DNA of 64,000 nt from Spizellomyces punctatus DAOM BR117. Taxonomy: Eukaryota. Location of the stretch: assembly GCA_000182565.2 (NCBI GenBank), contig KQ257452.1. One strand, written 5' to 3'. The translations under genes and the position numbers were made by a program. The notes beneath the pieces were generated by a model that was not told the origin of the DNA, did not search any database, and worked only from the letters and a program-made list of their open reading frames with translations. This document shows positions 23,583-36,591 of this stretch, piece after piece (the stretch's first letter is position 1; each line of letters begins with the position of its first letter).

Positions 23583-24056
23583 TATAAATACCCCCTCGTC
23601 TTCACTCCCTCGCTCTTCTTTTTCAACCCGCTCTGGCTTTTTGTTCTTGTTGCTTGTTTAAAAAGGTTCGTGCTTTGGCACGGGGGTTCCCTTTTTATTT
23701 CCTTTATCGCGCGGGCAAAAAACGTGCTGTGGCATCTCATCAACTAGGTAAGATTTGGCTTATCGCTAAATCATCACCCACAAAAGAGTGAGAGAACCAT
23801 ATGGTTTTTGGGTCTTGTCAGTGGGTGGGAATGGAGTGCACGTTTCGTTGTCGCGTCTGTCCTCCGCGAGGAAATGACGACATTGGCTAATCATCTTCCG
23901 AGATATGAAATATATAAAGTTCTTGTTTGGAGGGCTTGTGAACAAAAGGCTATTGGAAAAAAAGCTAAAAGAAGAACTGTCGTTCTTGTTTACTTGTCTG
24001 ATGGATGAGTAGCTTTGGCTCCCTACTAATTGTTCATATATATATTCTCTTTAAAG
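23583..24056 (+). promoter_or_regulatory. PMA1 TATA box and 309-nt 5'UTR intron (23748-24056)
   Basis: TATAAATA at 23583, CT-rich tract, donor AG|GTAAGA, branch TACTAAT at 24024, acceptor TTAAAG at 24056; ATG at 24095. Confidence 0.7.
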
Positions 24057-24094
24057 GGATTTAATCATTACCCACGATCACCCGCTTTGAACAA

Positions 24095-27000
24095 ATGTCC
24101 AAACCCGACCCCCACATAACGATGGATATGGATCAAATCCACAATCCAAATTCAAGGAATTACCTGTCGGCTGGCGGCAACGGCCATACGGATCACCCAC
24201 CGAATTATTCCTCTAACCCAAGCACGACCATTGATATCCACGAAGACCAGCACACGCCGGCGGACGGCAATGCCCACAAGCAGGAACCTCATCCCGAGGA
24301 TATTGAGCAGCTTCTCAAAGAGCTCGAAGCAGAAATCACTGACAAGACGCATTCTGGAGAACAAGAGGATGCTGAAGAAGAAGAAGGCCAGAAAGCTATT
24401 ACCGTATCCGAAGATCTCTTAAGGACAGACCCCAAAACCGGATTGACCACGGAAGAGGCGGACAAGAGGAGAAGAAAGTTTGGCCCTAATCAGCTTGCAG
24501 AGCACAAGGAAAACATGTTCTTAAAGTTTTTAATGTTCTTCAGCGGACCGATTCAGTATGTCATGATTGTAAGTATACAGCTCCCATCCGAATTCTCTGG
24601 CGCTTTAAATTAGTGGTGATTAATTACACGGCATCTGTAGGCTGCTGCTGCACTGGCTGGTGGATTACAACACTGGGTCGATTTAGGAGTTATCCTCGGA
24701 CTCCTTCTCCTCAATGCCGTTGTCGGATTCATGCAAGAATACCAAGCTGGCAACATTGTCGCCCAACTTAAACAGCAGTTGGCATTGAAGGCTACTGTCG
24801 TTCGTAACAGCAAAGTAGTCGACATTGAGGCTGTCGATATTGTTCCAGGTGATATTGTCAAGGTCGATGAAGGTACCATTATACCGGCGGACGGAAGAGT
24901 GTTGGGCGAGAATTGTTTCTTGCAAGTTGATCAGTCAGGTATGCTGCCACATTGAGCGTAATGCGACTCTGCTTTTTTACTCATTGCCCAACTCTGCAGC
25001 ACTTACTGGTGAATCCCTTGCTATCGAAAAGCACCACAATGACGACTTGTATTCGTCCTCGGCTATCAAGCGCGGCCACGGCTTCATGGTTGTTACAGCC
25101 ATTGGCGATCATACCTATGTCGGTCGCACTGCGGGATTAGCGTCAACCACCCAGACCCGGGGCAAATTCACAGAAGTTCTCAACTCTATCGGTTACATTC
25201 TCCTTCTACTGGTTGTTTTCTGGATCCTCGCGATTTGGATTGCTGGCTTTTTCCGTAGCTTGGGCATTGTGGACTTACTGACGTATGCACTGATCATCAC
25301 CGTGATTGGTGTTCCTGTTGGTTTGCCTGCGGTCGTTACCACCACGTTGGCAGTCGGCGCCGCGTACCTCGCAAAGAGGCAAGCCATCGTTCAACGTCTT
25401 TCTGCGATTGAGTCGTTGGCAGGTTGCGAGATCCTCTGCTCGGACAAAACGGGTACCTTGACCAAGAACAAGCTCGTCCTCCACGAGCCGTATTTGATGG
25501 ACGGAGTCGATGCCGATACCCTCGTTCTCGTCTGCGCGTTGGCCTCTTCACGAACCAAGAAGGGTCTCGATGCCATTGACAAGACTGTTATGCTCAGTTT
25601 GCTCACGCATGACCGCGCCCGTCAAGAAATCAAGAGATACAAGACGCTCGAGTTCCAGCCCTTTGATCCCGTTACGAAACGAATTGTAGCGGTCGTCGAA
25701 GATGATGAAGGAAACCGTATTACATGCGTCAAGGGTGCACCTCCTGCTGTACTCAAGTTTGTCGAACAAGATCACGCCATTGACCGCAAGGTTCTCAAGG
25801 AATACAATGAAAGGGTCGCCGAGTTTGCATCTCGTGGATTCCGATCTCTTGGTGCTGCCTGGAAGAAGGGAGACGAACAATGGGAAATCCTCGGTATCCT
25901 CTGCTTGTTTGACCCACCTCGCGATGACACTGCAAGGACTGTAACTGAAGCTAAAGAGCTCGGGCTCAAGGTCAAGATGCTTACAGGAGATGCCGTCGGC
26001 ATTGCCAAGGAAACTGCGCGCCAACTTCAGCTCGGTACCAACGTCTATAACACCAAGAGACTTGTCGGAGGCTCCCTGTCAGGATCCGAGTTGAACGACT
26101 TTGTGGTTGCAGCCGATGGTTTCGCGGAAGTCTTTCCAGAGCACAAGTACATGGTAGTTGATATCCTCCAAAAGCGTGGCTTCCTCGTTGCCATGACGGG
26201 TGACGGTGTCAATGACGCACCGAGTTTGAAAAAGGCCGACGCGGGTATTGCTGTGGAAGGAGCGTCTGACGCAGCAAGGACGGCTGCTGATATTGTTTTC
26301 CTTGCACCTGGTTTGGGTACTATCATTGATGCTATCAAAACATCGAGGCAGATCTTTCACCGCATGGTACGTTGTTGTCGTGGATGCACAACTAGTATTT
26401 CGGGATATTAATGCAGCCTAATCTACCCTTTATAGTACTCTTATGTTGTCTACCGTATCGCTCTCTCTCTGCACCTGGAGATCTTCCTTACTACATCCTT
26501 GATTATCCTTGACGAAACGATCAACGTCCAGCTGGTTGTGTTCCTCGCCATTTTTGCGGATATTGCCACTCTTGCGATCGCCTATGACCGTGCCCCGTTC
26601 TCTACCGAACCTGTCAAATGGGATCTTCCTAAAATCTGGGGTTTATCCATCGTCACTGGTTTGCTGCTCGCTGTCGCAACTTGGGTACTTTACGGCACGC
26701 TTTTGATCGATGGAAAGGGCATTGTCCAAAATTACGGTGGATTCCAAGAGATCCTGTTCTTGGAGGTCACCTTGACTGAGAACTGGCTGATTTTCATTAC
26801 GCGGTCGAACAGGACGTTGTGGGACACGTTACCTAGCTGGCAACTGGTTGGTGCTGTTCTTATCGTTGACATTATTGCAACGCTCTTTGCCATCTTTGGC
26901 TGGTTCACTGGCGTTCGCACCGATATTGTCACTGTTGTCCGTGTCTGGATCTACTCACTCGGTGTCATGGCGATCATCTCTCTCATCTATTACGGCCTTG

Positions 27001-27383
27001 CCAACTCCAAGATTTTCTCCAACCTCGTACGCGGTCGTATCAATCGTCGTCAAAAGAACAAGGAAGACTGGCTGTATACCCTTGAGCGTGTGTCCCGCAT
27101 GCACGAGCAGTCTAGCTGGAAGCATCAGCCGCGCAGGCGCCGCCGTCCCAACGATGACGACCTTTCTGATGTTGAAGAGGAGGACGATGACAGCGGATCG
27201 ACAGCGGATGATATTGGCGTTCCTCCACCTCGCAGTGCGCGTAGACGTCCCTTGACGTGGAAGGACGAGGACTCTGGAAGCCATCTTGCAACGCGCCAGT
27301 TGAGGACGCGCAAGTTGAGTGTCGATCCTGATATGACCGATTCTGAGGATGAGTCTGCAGAGGCCATTAAAAAGTTACTTTAA
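24095..27383 (+). CDS. PMA1: Plasma membrane H+-ATPase (P3A P-type ATPase)
   Basis: [44 protein letters not shown] and [10 protein letters not shown]. Introns 24569-24640, 24939-24999 and 26367-26435. Confidence 0.97.
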
Positions 27384-27819
27384 AAAAGGTTGACACCAAA
27401 CATTATAGAACGTGTTTTTTTTTTGCTGGGGCATTGGTTTGAATAAAGAAAGCAAATATATCTCATTGTGTATTTCAAAAATCGGAAAATATATAAACTC
27501 GTAAAGAGAAAATCAATGTGCATTTTTGTTTTTTTCTATACGTGATTTAATGAATCTGACCTGACGGCTTTGTTGGCGATAACTTTAATTTTGATTTTAT
27601 GCATTCTTTGAGGGGGGTCATGAAAAAAAAAAAACAATATCAAAAAACGAAATCCCACTGTGTGTTGAAAGTCGGAACCAGCCATTGAGTCACAATCTCA
27701 AATGAATTACGTAGTGTGGCGCAATCCCATTACGTACTGATGACGATCATCCCTCGTGCAGGCAGGAGAGGTGGTTTTTCTTGTGCATTTGGGCTTTTTC
27801 AGGTTTCCGTTCCCTGACT

Positions 27820-28385
27820 GCACACACACACACACACACAGAGAGATAGACAAGGGAAAACGGGCCAATAGGACAAGAACTTTAGAATGTGTTGAAAATA
27901 AAAAATATTGGCAGATCGTTGGGGGTAAATACCAGCAGGAACGGAATAGAAAAGAGTTTTGTTTTATGCCCTTTGCAAAACATTATTATAAAAAAACACT
28001 GGATTTGACTATTTCGTTGATTCCCCCCTCTTGTTCAAAATGATGCAATGCCTTCCAATAGCCACAACACGGGTTAAATACAGTACATTTAACAAGCAAG
28101 CAAAAGGGTAACATTAAAAAGACCCTTTTTGATATTTGGGGTATAGGGTGGGGAACAACAAACTAAACTGGGGGTATGTGTGGTGGTGGTGGATTTGCAG
28201 CCGATCAGTCGATGACGACGTAATGCGGTAGTGTGTGTGTTAGTGGAAGGGGGGGGGGGGGGGGGGGTGCTTGTGTGTTTCTTGCACTCTGCTTACAGAA
28301 CACTCTTTCAGAGACGTACACACACAGAGAGAGAGAGAGATGGGGATTTGAATTTGTTATTACCGTTTGGAAGAGAGAGAGAGAC
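27820..28385. repeat. Microsatellite-rich intergenic tract: (CA)n, (GA)n, poly-G
   Basis: (CA)n at ~27820-27840, G-run at ~28249-28267, CA/GA runs at ~28318-28340 and 28372-28384. Confidence 0.8.
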
Positions 28386-29037
28386 GGAATTTAATGGCAT
28401 ATGGATAAACAACACTTTTTGCCACTTAAGTTTGTCGTATATATGTTAAAGTGACGACAGAACAACGAAATTAAAAAAATACAGCCTTTTCCTTCTATCT
28501 CTCTCTCTTTCTTACTGTTCAAGCACTTTTGAACGCCACATTGTGTGTATTTCTTTTTTTTTTTTCTCTCCCCTCCATTAAACATCTTTTTGGCACACAC
28601 TTTGTCATCGTCGTCGTCTCTCCCTCCCCCACAAGATTGATTTTGTTGATTACTTGTTTCCCTCTCCCGACGTTGGATGAATGACGGTGGTGATGACGCA
28701 TGCGTCTGCAACACTCTGAAATTTAGGGTTATTCATCCCAAGGGACAACCTTTTTAGCTGCATTATTGTGTGTTTTGAGAGGTGCTATCTTGTGTGTGCT
28801 TTCTTCCGCCGTATTTCTTTTTTCTTTTTGGTGCCATCGAGTTATTCGAGTTTCTTACGACGAAAGCACGTTACGTCGATCAGGCGTGTCTGCACATCCC
28901 TTGTCGGGAACAACCCTTTCACACCTCTCCTTCCATCACCTCCACTACCATACGCGGAACAGTCTAGTCTCCGCATTCGCCTAGTCTCGACTCTCCTTGG
29001 TTCAAATTTCGGTTCGTCTTGTTCGAAAATCCCGACG

Positions 29038-30361
29038 ATGGGGGAACTCGACCATCCCGTCCCACCACCAACCCCACTATCACCACATCACTGCGCACCC
29101 TCCGCCTCTGCTCGGTCTTCGTTTTCGTCGCAAACGTCCGGAACTTCAACCTCGTCTCGGAATCAGACACGAACGCCGACACCCCCAGTCCAAGAGCCCC
29201 AGAGGACACGAAAACGAAATCTGGATGCAGCAGTATCACTGCCTGCTGATGCAACAGTGTTGAAACCACCATCAGTCATCGATGGTGGTAACTTTCACCC
29301 AAATCAGATTGACCAGCGCACTCTGCATAACGGTGCTCTCCCATCTACTACCCCCCAACTTCTTCCCCGCTTACCCCCCGTCAACGATCTCAATCTGAAT
29401 TCGAGTCGTCAACTCTACCCTTGGGACATGAAACTCCCCGATATCCAACAACCGCACATCTTGAACCCGCCAGCGCATTCTGTCTCGCTACCCTCACTTG
29501 GGCCCCTAACAACCTCACAATTCAGGGACGTGGACCTGGATTCGACACGAACCAAGCGAGCACGTAAAGCCAACATGGCACCGAACCTATTAAAGCCTAT
29601 TCAACCAATTCTTTCCCAACTTGTCCCGACGTTGGTAAATCCTTCATCCCTTTCCCCAGTTATGACGAGTATGCCGCAACGACAAGAGCCGCAATCATAT
29701 AGTGGTCGGGATTCAGGGTCGAGTGATGACCCTCCTAAAAGCCAATCGCAAGATCATGACTCTGATTCAGAAAACGGCATAATGGATCGCGGAGCGAATG
29801 TAGCGAGTTCTTTGAAGAGAAAGAGAAATGCATCGGACGAGTACGATGTAAAAGAGTCTAAATTGGCGCATAAGCGAAAAATGAACGCAGGCATGTGTTT
29901 TACTTTTATTACTATCTGGCTTTTGTTTAGGGCGTGATGGCTTAGCCCTTTCTATTATCTTTATAGAAGCCGCTAGAAGGTGCCGAGAACGGAAAGCGCA
30001 GCGCATCCAAAGTCTCGAAGACCAAATCACAACGGTTGAACAATCCAACGCAGAACTCATTATGCGCAACGCCATTCTTGAGAACGAACGACGAGCTTGG
30101 AAAACGACCGAAACCAGTCTTCGAGACCGGGTATCCAATTTAGAAGACCGATGCAAAGAGCTGGAAGCCCAGCTGCAGAATGCAAGGATGGGATTATTGT
30201 TTCATGCTGCAAGTCAGACTGGGAGTGGGTTGGGAAGTCCGATTTCACCAGAGGCGGAGTTGGAGGAGTCCCAGGGTGCGTTGAAACAAGAGGGAACCAA
30301 CAAAGTGGATACAAAGGACGAGTCAGTGGTGGAGGCACCTGTTGTGGGAACTGAGACTTGA
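29038..30361 (+). CDS. bZIP transcription factor, Gcn4/CpcA-like basic region with long zipper
   Basis: KRKMNA|EAARRCRERKAQRIQSLEDQITTVEQSNAELIMRNAILENE is formed by splicing the GC-AG intron 29891-29966. Confidence 0.85.
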
Positions 30362-33300
30362 AAAAACTGGGTTAAAATGAAAACTCTTTTAATGTGTTGA
30401 TCTTACGTCAGTTTTTTCCTGTTGTAGTTGTTTTGTCCCTGCTTTTCTGTAAATATTACCTGTTTCCGGGAGAAACGTACGTTTTCCCAATCAGTATTAG
30501 ATGCGTTTCATTGTTTGTCCTCGACTAAAGCCTGTTAGGACTTGTAGTCGGACAAACACCTGCACAGAAACACACATTTGGCCATAGCAGAATTTTGCAC
30601 ATGATTGCAATGCCAAAGAAAACTAATTCTTCTCGAGCGTTCTGGTAAGAATCATGTTGTGTTCTTCAGTGGAAAGTTTGCCATCATGATGCAAAGCATT
30701 GGATAAAGTGTCAGAAACAAAGCATCACAGCCAAGAGATTGGAATTCAGTATCTCTATAATCCACGCCAAACGCCAGAACCGTGCAATTGGCGAGGACAC
30801 TCCATACATTTGCCATTCGTTAGCCCATAGCGTACCTGTGATTCCCTGATTATACCTTTCTGGACTATGTATCCAAAGCCTGCAATGTCTTTTCAAGAAC
30901 AATTAAATGCTACAGATAAATTGGCGACCCGTCAAGTCGCAAGGGTGATTTTAAAGATGGCAGGATGGCATTCGGATTGAGGATCAATTTCTGATTTCAT
31001 CCCCTGCGATTAGTTTCTGTATTTCGTTCCAGCTTGCAGTATGATCCGTAACTAGGAGCTTTCACCATGAATGAGCATATCTCAACTACGATATTACTAG
31101 TTTTTAAACGTTATGAAGACAAGGAAATGAGTGATCGATAAACCAGGCCGATATGTAGGTCGAACAACTGAGCAACAACCCTTCATGATCACGTGGCTAT
31201 ATCAAAGGTTGCTCTGAATTTGACAATTGCCAACTTTTGTTTGTACGCACTCCATCTGGGCATAGTACACTGGCCAGTCGCGAGTATGGCCAAATAAACA
31301 AAAATGTGGAGTAATAAGATGAAGATGTGCTCAAAGGCGGGGATATTTTCTCATTGGGAGTACCTTTTACAGCAAAACCGTCCATAATGTTCCCCGCTGT
31401 ACAGATTGCCCCATTTTCATCGATTCAATCACCAAATATATCCCAAATCAAGAGAAATGGGTGCAAGGAAGGCGAACACTCTGTATTGTGATCGTCATTA
31501 TGGAATTTATGTGGTTCCCAGTGGATTTCGTCGGGGACTTTGCTAATATTGGTTTTTTGGATGGCATTATGGAAATTAGTTGGACCATCCGTAAATTGGG
31601 GGTTGATGACAAGTGACGTCTACTTGGCTCCTACCAGGCAGCAACAGAAAGTTTTTGGCAATGAAGGAATGTTTACAGTCTTGAACTTTTTGCGTATCTG
31701 GATTTCATTTGCATGTAGACTGCTAAGCAATTTAAAAAAGGGCTGGGTAGTTAAACCTTGTCCACAATTATTTTTACCCTAGACTCGCGTGGCCTTTTGA
31801 CTTGCGTTTATTTTTTGCTCTGGTTTGTTCTCCAAAACCTGGTTTTGCCCAACTTCTTAACGAAAATCTATGAAATCCACACCGTTTTACACGGTTCAAA
31901 CTGTCCTCTCCTGTTGGATTTCACTCTTCGTTATTTAAAGTAATACACCCATCGTAGTCATAGTTATACCACTTCCCACCAGGAATCCGCTCAGAGAGTT
32001 AAAATTTCGGTATCAAAGCTCATGATTCTTCTATCGTGGTGCAGTCATCTGGCGATGGGACGGACTCGTATTGGTACGAAAACCAATTTTGGTTTCTTAT
32101 GCACTTGCAAGTCGAAAACCGTCCCCATGAAATCAACTCTATCAGATTCGGTGTTGTCACCGTAGTCATCCGTCGTTTGTTTCTGACATAAATTACTCTC
32201 GCTTCCACCGTGCTGGTGGAGCAATTCTCAACCGTCCAGTACGTTTCTGATTGTTTTGCCAAAGTCGCCAATTTCCTTTCTCGCGAGCCAAACAAGTCTG
32301 TACGTCTACGCCCTTCAAGACTCTGTTCATTGTGCAAAAATCGAGTGGAATGGACAAGATTATTGCGGTTCCCGGTTCTTAAGTTCAATGCGATAATGTT
32401 GGCCCATGATACCCTATCTAACATCTTTGGTGCCCGTAGACTATTTTTACTAGAGAAATGACTTTGTATACTTTTGCTGGAAGAGTTTGATTTCCTGATG
32501 GAGCTCGAATAGATGAAATATTGTTACGATCCGTCTGAGGCAGAATAGGATACAATTATCCGTAGAGAATGGGCTAATCACTGCTTTCGAGGTCGTCGCC
32601 AGGCAACAATTCGCCCGCTGAAGGGCCATGTTGTTTTGGCATGCGGGTTTGCTTGACCAACTGCTTGTACAACAGGATAATGCTTGATACAAGGTGTTCT
32701 CTATGATTCGTCAGGTCAACACTATTTCTTTATTTTCACAGAATATTACAAGACCAGTGCAACTACTGCCTTTCTCCTTGCTGCCATTATTCTTTTCCAA
32801 TGCAGCAGACCAAAAATCTCCTCATCTGCGCACTTGGTGGCATGTCGAGAATGCTTTTGATCTGGTTAAGTCTTGATCCCGCAGATCCGCGTGAGATCCG
32901 CCGTGATGTCCAATCTCGTCTGTTGTGTTTTCAAATGAAGCATGCACTTGCTTTAGGAGGTTCTCATTTTCGTTACCGCATTGTTCAATCTCTGTGACGC
33001 AATGTCGAAATCGGGGGTGCCGCTAGAGTAGTAGCAGGAGGACTGCTGCGTCTTAAACCTACCAGTCCATGGAAGACTGATGATCGCTATCAATGTTGTA
33101 ATTGTTTATTTCTCAACACTATTATAACAAACAACTGCTGTTGGTGTTGTCATCTTGCTCATTATGGATGCCGCATGCAAGGTACATAATCTCGAGTACT
33201 CTCACCGTCCTGCTGACGGTGATGATAGCCAGATCCGCCAACCGGAGATCAGTGTAATCTTTTTTACAGTATATGCACAGGGCGATACAAAGTGATAGAC

Positions 33301-33409
33301 TATATTGTCTTTTGATCCACCTCTGCAACTTTTGTTTTGGGCATTATGAACTATCGCTATTTGTTGCATCGCCGGGCGCCTGATGGATCTATCCAATTGT
33401 TATTGACTA

Positions 33410-34200
33410 TTGCCAAGCTTGTTTGGACTTGGTTCTGGTGATGATTTATCGTCGTGTTTTACTGGTCGATTGAGGCTCGGGACTGCCCGACAAGGCTATT
33501 TGGATAAGAATGACTTGAAGAAAGGCGGTGTGGTCAAAGAAGATATTTTATACCAGGTATATAAGACAATTCTACCACATTTTTTAAATTTGACAAGTTG
33601 GTCTAGTGGTTTACAGATCACCTACACCTGTTATTCAGATCCCAAAAGCATCAAGACATTGATTGCTGTCATTTTACTAAGGCTGGTCGCAGCGGAAGCC
33701 ATCTGTCTCGTGCACGGTATCTCACTCTCCTCTTGGCGCAATGAAGGGATCAATGCGTTGGCATCAAGTGCAAATTGGGTTAGTTTTTGTTTTAAGCTTG
33801 CTGATCAAGATTGGGTGAATACGTGGAGAGCAGCGAATTACCTCACAATCACAAACTGCTCACCATGGGCTGTTACTACTCAGGCTTTCGCTTTGGACTT
33901 GGGTTTCAGCATTATTCGTTGTATCTGGCAGGGATAGATCAATGGCTATTTCCTCCATCTATGGTATTTGTTTGTCTCAGTATTGCGGCAACTTGTGGAA
34001 AGTCACCCGATCATTCACGAACTGAGGCGTGTACCTATCATCCAATACCTGGTCTGACATGCTCGTTATATACTGGAAATGACGTTGCAAAGTATCATTA
34101 CTGCTGTACACTCGAATTAGACTGAGCAAAAACAAACCCGCAGCTGGCAGTGCCGTCGCCAGAACAAGGTCAGGGATTCCGCGCTTTGTTTTTTGTGTAT
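33410..34200 (+). pseudogene. Possible decayed multi-TM membrane protein gene (DUF6534-like)
   Basis: FTGRLRLGTARQGYL...ILYQ|ITYTCYSDPKSIKTLIAVILL...ICLVHG, with intron-like 33557-33616. Downstream fragments break across frames. The family resemblance is from memory only. Confidence 0.3.
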
Positions 34201-34684
34201 ATCCATCGTAAAACATAATTTGACATTTCCCTTAACCTGGCCAGGCATATTAGAGAATATTATAGTTGGAACGATGCATTCATGTTTGGGAGAAGATGCC
34301 TAGAACTACGCCCATAGAGTAATGAATAGTAGTAAGACAATTTGAAACTAACTAAAGTGCTACAGCGGTAATACTAGAGAATGGACCGAAGCAGTGTAGT
34401 GATGGACTCTCAAATATATTGTAAGTACATTGAGAAATTGGAAAAATGTATAATACGAAAAAGAAAATCCTACGCTATGTACGAACACTTGGTACAGCTC
34501 AAAATACCCGTTAATCCTTGATTGAGAAAAAAAGCAATTCGCGCGAGCCAAGTCGGTGTCTGCTCCAGGTTTTTGTTTGTAAACCCTATACGAGACCAAA
34601 AAGCAACCTAGGACCCAATGTTCCAAAGTAAAAAGACGGTATTTACAGGTGTACTTGCCAAAATAGATTGTCGCGAAGAGTTTC

Positions 34685-36139
34685 TTATTTCAATGGGTTC
34701 TTGACCATGAGAGAAATCACCTCAAACAGCACATCGGCAGCCGCCTAATAAAAGAGTTGGTTAGCATGGGGAACTAATCTAGGCATCGTTCATATACACA
34801 TTTGCTTACCATGGTGGTCAACTCAGCGTTGGTATCATATGCTGGGGCAACTTCGACCACATCAGCACCGACAAGCTTCACGCCGTCCAAAGACCTGATA
34901 ATGGTGCGAAGTTCCCGAGTAGTCCAACCACCGGTTTCAGGCGTGCCAGTTGCAGGAGCAAATGCAGGGTCCAGCACATCAATGTCGATGGAGAGGTACA
35001 CCAAATTGTCGCCTACTGCCTTCTTGATCCTCTCGGCAATGCCCTTGGTACCAATCTCATCAATGTCACGGGCTTCGATAATGTGGAATCCGCATAGTGC
35101 ATCATTGTCGTAGTCAGAGGGACCTGAAAGTGTGGGTACGGATACCAGCGTGGATGGAGCTTCCGTTTTTGATCAAACCTTCCTGAGAGGCGTGGTAGAA
35201 ATACGTTCCGTGATTGTAAGCGCCCTGCTCCGACTTTTTCCCACCAAACACTTTTGGCTTCCATGTGTCGATATGGGAATCAAACTTAAAAAAAAAAATG
35301 TAGCAAGGTGAGATATGGTCAAAGTACTAGGTAAGGTAAGATTGACGTACATGAACGACGGAAACGGGTCCATAAGCCGAAGCGATACTTCTCAAAATGG
35401 GCAAAACAATGGTATGGTCTCCACCAAGAGTCACCAGACGAGGGAATTGAGCAGCAAGCGTACCAGGGAACAACCGATGTGCGGCCGGTGTACGATGCAA
35501 CAATTCCTTGTGTCCATACTGCATTTGTTCAATGGCCAGAGCATTGTCGTAGGGTGTGACTGGGACGTCACCACAATCTATTATCTTTGCCCAGCTGTTG
35601 AAAGGGTTGACGTTTTGGGGAACATTGTAACCCTGTCATGAATACAGCGATTTTAGTAGATGCTCTCATAAGTTGAGTAAAAAGTTACGGCAAAACTCAC
35701 CCCGTAAAGAACAAGTCGCTTACTGCCCTGTCTAATACCGGCAGGTCCGAACCGAGCACCGGGACGGTAGCTGGTAGCAGTATCGAAAGGCAATCCAAGA
35801 ATAGCAATATCGTAGTCAACATCCTTGTCCTTCCAACACCTCTCGCTCGGAAGGTGTGCAAAAGTTGTAATGCCAGAGAAAACACTACATGATTTTCAAT
35901 TAACATTGTGTGTCAAAAAAACAAACGTTAACTGATCGTGCAAGGATATCAAACTTTTACCTGTCAGCAGTAACTTCACCGTCACCCGGGATAGAATGCT
36001 CAGCAGAACCCTTGTTGAAAGTAGATTGACCGTTCATAACCACTTGATACAGGTCGTTCCCTCCATGTGGGTAAGCACGGCCTTTACACGAGAAATAGGC
36101 TAATACAGCCAAACTGCTTAGAAGCGCCGAAGTGAGCAT
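34685..36139 (-). CDS. Agmatinase (ureohydrolase/arginase family) with signal peptide; 1-nt frameshift at ~35135 in this assembly
   Basis: [68 protein letters not shown] and [10 protein letters not shown]; four introns. Confidence 0.9.
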
Positions 36140-36284
36140 TGTAGAGATGTGTCGAGGTAGAGGTAGTGGGACGATCTTGTACAAGAACTCTGGCATATGG
36201 AAGATGGTTGAGTGTGGGGTTGCATTTTATAGAAAAAAAGGATATAATGAGGTCGGGTAAAACCGTAGAAAAGACAAGAAGTCA

Positions 36285-36591
36285 AGATAAGATGGAATAT
36301 TGGATGAAATAAAAGTATTTGACGATTCTGTAGGCCAAAATCTCCTTTGTAAAAAAAAAAAAAGTTATAAGTAGGTCAAGTCTAGTTGGTTAACTTTTGC
36401 CTATCTTTTAATTATTTCGTAAAGAGAAATACTTGAGTGTTATCAAATATTATTACATAACGGGATTTTTGAACGCGGTCCCGATCGGCTCGCTTTTCGA
36501 TGAGACCATCTTTCTTTAAGCAAGATATCCGATAAGCACAATGCGTAGAGACAAACGTTTAAGACATTGTATGCTTCAGATACCATGATAA
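36285..36591. promoter_or_regulatory. Cluster of 5 HGATAR (GATA-factor) sites in the agmatinase/MATE divergent promoter
   Basis: AGATAA 36285, CTATCT 36401, TTATCA 36440, CGATAA 36530, TGATAA 36586. Confidence 0.5.

Noticed and set aside
25548-26360. Antisense ORFs over PMA1 (and similar ones over other conserved genes)
   Set aside because: These are shadow ORFs explained by codon bias of the sense gene.
30400-33300. Transposon remnant
   Set aside because: No RT, integrase or transposase motifs, terminal repeats or target-site duplications were recognised.
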